A stretch of 64,000 bases of DNA from Parasphingorhabdus sp. Lineage in GTDB: Bacteria; Pseudomonadota; Alphaproteobacteria; Sphingomonadales; Sphingomonadaceae. Below are positions 59,940-64,000 of the stretch, piece after piece. The stretch lies in assembly GCA_039978835.1 (NCBI GenBank), contig JBDWAQ010000005.1:586631-650630 (forward strand). Reading direction: 5' to 3'. The notes below the pieces were generated by a model that was not told where the DNA came from, searched no databases, and worked only from the letters and a program-made list of their open reading frames with translations. A program made the position numbers and the translations under genes. The stretch's first letter is position 1. Each line of letters begins with the position of its first letter.

Positions 59940-60824
59940 TTAAGCGCTACTCAGCTCTGTCAGCATCGTTTTGAGACGCGTTTGCGCGTCAGACGATAGC
60001 GGCAGAAGCGGCCGACGAGGCGCTCCGACATCTGCGCGTTGAAGAGCAAGGCCTGCTTTGACAGCAGCGGCAAGACCCGATGTCACAATGAATTCGAGAA
60101 ACTCGAATTGCTTGTAAAATAGACTGCGCGCTTGATCATCATTGCCCGCCTGAATGGCAGTGAACAACCGACCCGGCAGATCCCCGATGAGGCACGGTGC
60201 AGCGGTGCACCAACCGCTTGCGCCTGCATTGATCGCTTCGAGCGCCATGTGGTTGCACCCATTGAAGAACGGGACTTCACCACCCGATAGCTTATAGATC
60301 TTGTGCATGCGTTGAATGTCGCCAGTGCTTTCCTTGATCATAGTGGCATTGTCGATTTCATCGACCATGCCCAGCATGAATTCGGGTGACATATCGACGC
60401 CGCAAGTCGCCGGATTGTTGTAAATCATGATCGGCAGTGGGGTCGCGTTCGACACGGTCTGATAGTGCTGGAATATCTCTTCTTCGCTCAGCTTGTAGTA
60501 TGAGAAAGGAGACAGCATGATCGCGTCGGCTCCGATGGAATGCGCATGTTTGACGCGTTTCACCGCTTGCTCCGTCGTCAGTTCGGCAACTCCAATAACG
60601 ACCGGGACCTTGCCAGCCACATAGGTCACCGTTTTCTCAGCAACCGCATTCCATTCCGCTTCGCTCAGATAGGCCGCTTCGCCAGCGCTACCCAGCGCTG
60701 CGATGGCATCCACTTTGGCAGCGAGCAAGGTATCGATCACCGTTTCAAGCTTGCCAAGATCGACATTCGTATTGTCATCGGTGAACGGGGTGACGGGGTA
60801 TGCAATAATTCCTGAAAGGTTCAT
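59940..60824 (-). CDS. DHDPS/N-acetylneuraminate lyase-family protein
   Basis: AYPVTPF, LGSAGE, IYNNPATCG and IKESTGD (Schiff-base Lys) motifs. Confidence 0.85.
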   Translation of the reverse strand: MNLSGIIAYPVTPFTDDNTNVDLGKLETVIDTLLAAKVDAIAALGSAGEAAYLSEAEWNAVAEKTVTYVAGKVPVVIGVAELTTEQAVKRVKHAHSIGADAIMLSPFSYYKLSEEEIFQHYQTVSNATPLPIMIYNNPATCGVDMSPEFMLGMVDEIDNATMIKESTGDIQRMHKIYKLSGGEVPFFNGCNHMALEAINAGASGWCTAAPCLIGDLPGRLFTAIQAGNDDQARSLFYKQFEFLEFIVTSGLAAAVKAGLALQRADVGAPRRPLLPLSSDAQTRLKTMLTELSSA

Positions 60825-60835
60825 ATTCTTAGTCC

Positions 60836-61612
60836 TTAGATACAATCTGTGTGTGTTTTGAGCGCTTGGCGCACGAAGTAGGCGAAATTCACTTTGTTGC
60901 GTTTGTCGGTTGAGACCCAGTCATGCGCTTCTTGAGCGAGTTCATGAGAGACAGGCTGGATCTGCCCAGCAGCCATGGCGAGCAGTTGAAGCTTTGCGGC
61001 GCGCTCTATCAGAACGGCCAGGTTGCATGCTTCTTCGATGGTCTTGCCGGTGACGAGTTGACCGTGATGAGCCAAGAACAGCGCGCGATTTTTGCCCAGT
61101 GCTTCTGAGATCAACTCGCCTTCCTCATTGCCAACCGGCACGCCGGGCCATTCCGCCAAGAAGGAACAATCATTGTAGAGCGCGCAGGTGTCCATTTGAG
61201 AGATCATCAAAGGAACCTTCAGCATTGAAAGCGCGGCAATGTTCGTGGGGTGTGTATGGATGATGCAATTCACATCCGGATGCTCTTTGTAGACCCAGGT
61301 GTGAAAGCGATTGGCAGGGTTCGCCATGCCTTTGCCGTCCAGCGGATTGAGATCTTCATCAACCTCAATCAAATTGTCCGCGGTGATCTCGTCAAAGCCA
61401 AGGCCAAAGCGCTGGGTGAGGAAAGTTTTGGGCTGTTCGCTGCGACAGGTGATCTGTCCGGCAAGGCCGGAATCATGGCCTTTGTCGAACAGAATTCGGC
61501 AGGTGATGGCCAGTTTCTGGCGATCGGTTAAAGCGACATCCTGAAGAAGATCGCTCATAGCGCTTTGAGCGCTATGCATCAGATCATCCTTGGTTGCGGT
61601 TGCTGTTTTCAT
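60836..61612 (-). CDS. Class II aldolase/adducin-family protein
   Basis: AGQIT, NRFHTWVY, IIHTHP and LAHHG zinc ligands. Confidence 0.85.
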   Translation of the reverse strand: MKTATATKDDLMHSAQSAMSDLLQDVALTDRQKLAITCRILFDKGHDSGLAGQITCRSEQPKTFLTQRFGLGFDEITADNLIEVDEDLNPLDGKGMANPANRFHTWVYKEHPDVNCIIHTHPTNIAALSMLKVPLMISQMDTCALYNDCSFLAEWPGVPVGNEEGELISEALGKNRALFLAHHGQLVTGKTIEEACNLAVLIERAAKLQLLAMAAGQIQPVSHELAQEAHDWVSTDKRNKVNFAYFVRQALKTHTDCI

Positions 61613-61730
61613 TTCTAATTTCCTTAGGGATTCGGAGAGTTTTTATTGACAATGATTATCAACTAGAGATAAACAGGCCCAATAGTAAGGCCCAGTTTGG
61701 CAAATATGACTGGTCCAGATTGGAGTGGCG

Positions 61731-63200
61731 ATGTCGAGAGCTTGGGACGTCCAATTTTCGCTGGAGAGAATGGCAGGCAAAACGCTGCATGCCAGCCTGC
61801 TCGAGCAGCTCATATCTGACATAACAAGCGGGCGACTGCTGCCGGGGAGTATGCTTCCAGGAACACGGGCATTGGCCCAGCAGCTAGGCATCAACCGCAA
61901 GACAGTGCAGCAAGTGTATGAAGAGCTTGAGGCGCAAGGCTGGCTGGAAACGCGCAGCCGTTCGGGCACTTTTGTATCACAAAGTCTGCCTGAGAATGGC
62001 CTGACACAAAGCGACGCAGCTCTGGTTGAAACGGCCACGAGCGCCAAAATGCCCTCGCAGCTCTTGGAGGGTTTGTATAACGAAGCCTTATCAAGCTTCC
62101 AGCATGCCAATATGGTGAATGACGGTACGCCGGACCAGCGCAATATCCCCTATGAACTTCTTGCACGCACATACCGCCGCGTTTGCATGGGCATGAGGCA
62201 AGGCTTTGAACTCGGCTATGGTGACCCCAAAGGCACGCATGGCTTTCGCAAGTCCGTCTGCACAATGTTAAACAGTGATCGGTTCATGAATTGCGATCTG
62301 GATCAGGTGTGCATTGTACGCGGAAGCCAGATGGGCATTTACCTGACTGCAAAGGTCCTAGACCCGCAAGCCGGGGCGATCGTGATGGAGGAGCTCTCCT
62401 ATCTGCCCGCCAAAGCCGCGTTTCAATCGAACGGTTTTGAAGTGATTGATTGCCGTCTCGACGAGAACGGGCTTGAGATCGACCATTTGCGTAACATTCT
62501 TGAACGGCAACCGATTGCAGGGATCTATCTAACTCCGCATCACCAATATCCGACGACCGTATGCCTTCCAATGGACCGGCGCTTGGAGCTGCTCGATTTG
62601 TCGCGAACATACGGCTTTGCAGTGATCGAGGATGATTACGATCACGAGTTTCACTATGCGGCTAACCCGATTCCACCACTCGCAAGCCTGCCGAACTCGG
62701 AAAATGTCATCCATATCGGCTCAATGTCCAAGGTGTTTTCACCAGGATTGAGGCTCGGGTATGTTGCTACCAGTGCACAGTTCATAGAACGTATCGCACA
62801 GGAAATCATTGTGGTTGACCGTCAGGGTAATACGCTGAGCGAACTGGTTCTTTCCGACCTTATGGAAAGCGGCGAGGTGAAGCGTCATATTCGCAAGACG
62901 CGCAAGCTTTACGAGGCGCGGCGTGATTTTGCTGTGGTAGAGTTTCGGCGGGTGTTTGGCGATCAGGTATCATTCACAACGCCGAGCGGTGGTCTGGCGA
63001 TCTGGGCTGACATCTCAAAGCTGACCCATGGATTTTCGTCAGTCGATTTCGGCAGCCGCGATCTGACGTTGAACACATTCTACACCTCCGATGAAACACA
63101 GCCCACGCATGTGCGATTTGGCTTTGGAGGTATCAACGAGCGGGAGATTACCCGTGCAATCGAATTGTTGTCAGAAGCTATTAATCGGAAGGGAGCCTAA
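61731..63200 (+). CDS. MocR/GabR-family regulator (GntR HTH plus PLP aminotransferase domain)
   Basis: LPGTRALAQQLGINRKTV HTH, TPHHQYPT, EDDYDHEF and SMSKVFSPGLRLGY motifs. Confidence 0.9.
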   Translation: MSRAWDVQFSLERMAGKTLHASLLEQLISDITSGRLLPGSMLPGTRALAQQLGINRKTVQQVYEELEAQGWLETRSRSGTFVSQSLPENGLTQSDAALVETATSAKMPSQLLEGLYNEALSSFQHANMVNDGTPDQRNIPYELLARTYRRVCMGMRQGFELGYGDPKGTHGFRKSVCTMLNSDRFMNCDLDQVCIVRGSQMGIYLTAKVLDPQAGAIVMEELSYLPAKAAFQSNGFEVIDCRLDENGLEIDHLRNILERQPIAGIYLTPHHQYPTTVCLPMDRRLELLDLSRTYGFAVIEDDYDHEFHYAANPIPPLASLPNSENVIHIGSMSKVFSPGLRLGYVATSAQFIERIAQEIIVVDRQGNTLSELVLSDLMESGEVKRHIRKTRKLYEARRDFAVVEFRRVFGDQVSFTTPSGGLAIWADISKLTHGFSSVDFGSRDLTLNTFYTSDETQPTHVRFGFGGINEREITRAIELLSEAINRKGA

Positions 63201-63318
63201 GCAAAGAAGGTCTAGTGTAACGCAACCGTTGTTATCGCGGATACATTTGTACGCTGACCCAGTAATAGGTCCCGCAACGGAGCGGAAAACGTATTAGTGC
63301 AACTAAAGGTTACATTTC

Positions 63319-63410
63319 AATGTCCGCAAGTGGGTCGGAAGTCGACTGTCAGCTTTCTGAAGTGCAGGAGCCTAAACAAGACAGTCCGCAAACGGCCCAG
63401 AATCAGCCAT
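63319..63410 (+). repeat. Dispersed-repeat units near the right island end
   Basis: AATGTCCGCAAGTGGGTCGGAAGTCGAC (from 63319) and a second GTCCGCAA unit at about 63385. Confidence 0.55.
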
Positions 63411-63650
63411 AATGGATGCAGCGATTGCAGGTGCTTGCCTAAATTTTGTTTGCGTTACCTATGCCCCGCTTAGACTAGCTGGAGCAGAATAATTGCTGCA
63501 GAACGATCAATTTTATAAAACGCTTGATCAGGTTAATGAGGCAAATTGGGATCAACGATTATATCAATTTGGGTCAAGACAATGGCTACTTTGCTTACTT
63601 TGATTCTTAATGGGAGGGGAGGGTATTAAACCGCATCAGCGAGCACAATA

Positions 63651-63670
63651 CTTACACAAAACCTTACACA
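63651..63670. promoter_or_regulatory. Candidate integrase arm-type sites
   Basis: Tandem direct repeat CTTACACA at 63651-63658 and 63663-63670, 60-80 nt inside the right att core. Confidence 0.4.
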
Positions 63671-63729
63671 CTTTTCAGTTGTGCAAGATAATATGTTATG
63701 TTATCAAATAGTTACGTTAGTCCCGTCTC

Positions 63730-63783
63730 ACTCAAAATCGAGTTCCGCAAGGAGTGTCCGTTCGAGTCGGACCAGGGGCACCA
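63730..63783 (+). pseudogene. 3' half of host tRNA-Leu(CAA), starting at the anticodon loop (attR)
   Basis: ACTCAAAATCGAGTTCCGCAAGGAGTGTCCGTTCGAGTCGGACCAGGGGCACCA, preceded by non-tRNA sequence (GTTAGTCCCGTCTC). Confidence 0.92.
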
Positions 63784-64000
63784 TTTCCCAAATTTGATCG
63801 ATGAACGCGAAGGAGAGGTGTTCTCGGACCTCCTTTACATGATCTCGCTAAGCCGCGAGATTGGATGTCATAATGGTTGTTTTTGCGACGAGACACTGTG
63901 GCTATGTTGCAACATTTACGCTGTCAATTGACTATTTTGTGGTGAAATCATCGAGTGCCGCAACATAATTGCTGGACTTAATCGATTGATTAGTTGAATG

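Larger units (their letters stand above)
9317..63737. mobile_element. About 54.4-kb genomic island inserted in the anticodon loop of tRNA-Leu(CAA); no intact integrase inside
   Basis: Direct repeat ACTCAAAA at 9317-9324 and 63730-63737. Joining the flanks gives an 85-nt cloverleaf with acceptor GCCCCTG/CAGGGGC, anticodon stem CTCGA/TCGAG, T stem GTCCG/CGGAC and ACCA end. The interior holds catabolic cargo and pseudogenes. Confidence 0.9.

Noticed and set aside
9286-63783. Intron-containing or trans-spliced tRNA as an explanation for the two halves
   Set aside because: The 54-kb spacer is full of protein genes, an 8-bp core is duplicated as expected for site-specific integration, and I saw no group I/II intron structure or complementary leader/trailer sequences.
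63810-63835. Bulged hairpin downstream of the host tRNA 3' half
   Set aside because: The stem is imperfect with a short U-tract, too weak to call a terminator.
1-64000. CRISPR arrays, rRNA, intact IS elements, conjugation genes or anti-phage defence systems
   Set aside because: I saw no regularly spaced repeats, rRNA-like sequence, transposase, relaxase/T4SS or defence-family ORFs.

Overview
This is an alphaproteobacterial chromosomal window; gene content and order suggest Sphingomonadales (inference). Bases 1-9.2 kb are ordinary core genes: hydrolase, glycosyltransferase, flavin oxidoreductase, PilZ protein, amtB, 2-hydroxyacid dehydrogenase, SH3 protein, thiolase and prepilin peptidase. 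Almost all the rest (9317-63737, about 54.4 kb) is a genomic island inserted in the anticodon loop of the host tRNA-Leu(CAA). The 5' half of that tRNA is at 9286-9324 and the 3' half at 63730-63783; they share an 8-bp core, ACTCAAAA. Unlike the usual tRNA-targeting island, neither end rebuilds the host gene. Instead the island carries two complete tRNA-Leu(CAA) genes of a different lineage (9478-9562 and 59045-59129), whose stems differ from the host gene by compensated base pairs. No intact integrase lies between the ends, only a 5'-truncated tyrosine recombinase next to the second tRNA. The cargo is mostly catabolic: (1) a BaeSR-like two-component module with a beta-barrel protein, an EF-hand lipoprotein and an EEP phosphodiesterase; (2) catechol ortho-cleavage genes ending in a flavin reductase-LysR effector-domain fusion; (3) a convergent indole-3-acetate degradation operon iacHABICDE with no iacF; (4) a tricorn-like peptidase and amidohydrolase; (5) a TonB receptor, sulfatase, FAD oxidoreductase, formamidase-like enzyme and manD/kdgK/eda; (6) an Ehrlich-type decarboxylase-aminotransferase-aldehyde dehydrogenase operon; (7) a hydroxyproline catabolic operon; (8) a MocR-aldolase-DHDPS module. 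Several module boundaries carry a dispersed AATGTCCGCAA(T/G)TGGGT-type repeat. All functional calls come from motif recognition by eye; no database searches were run.
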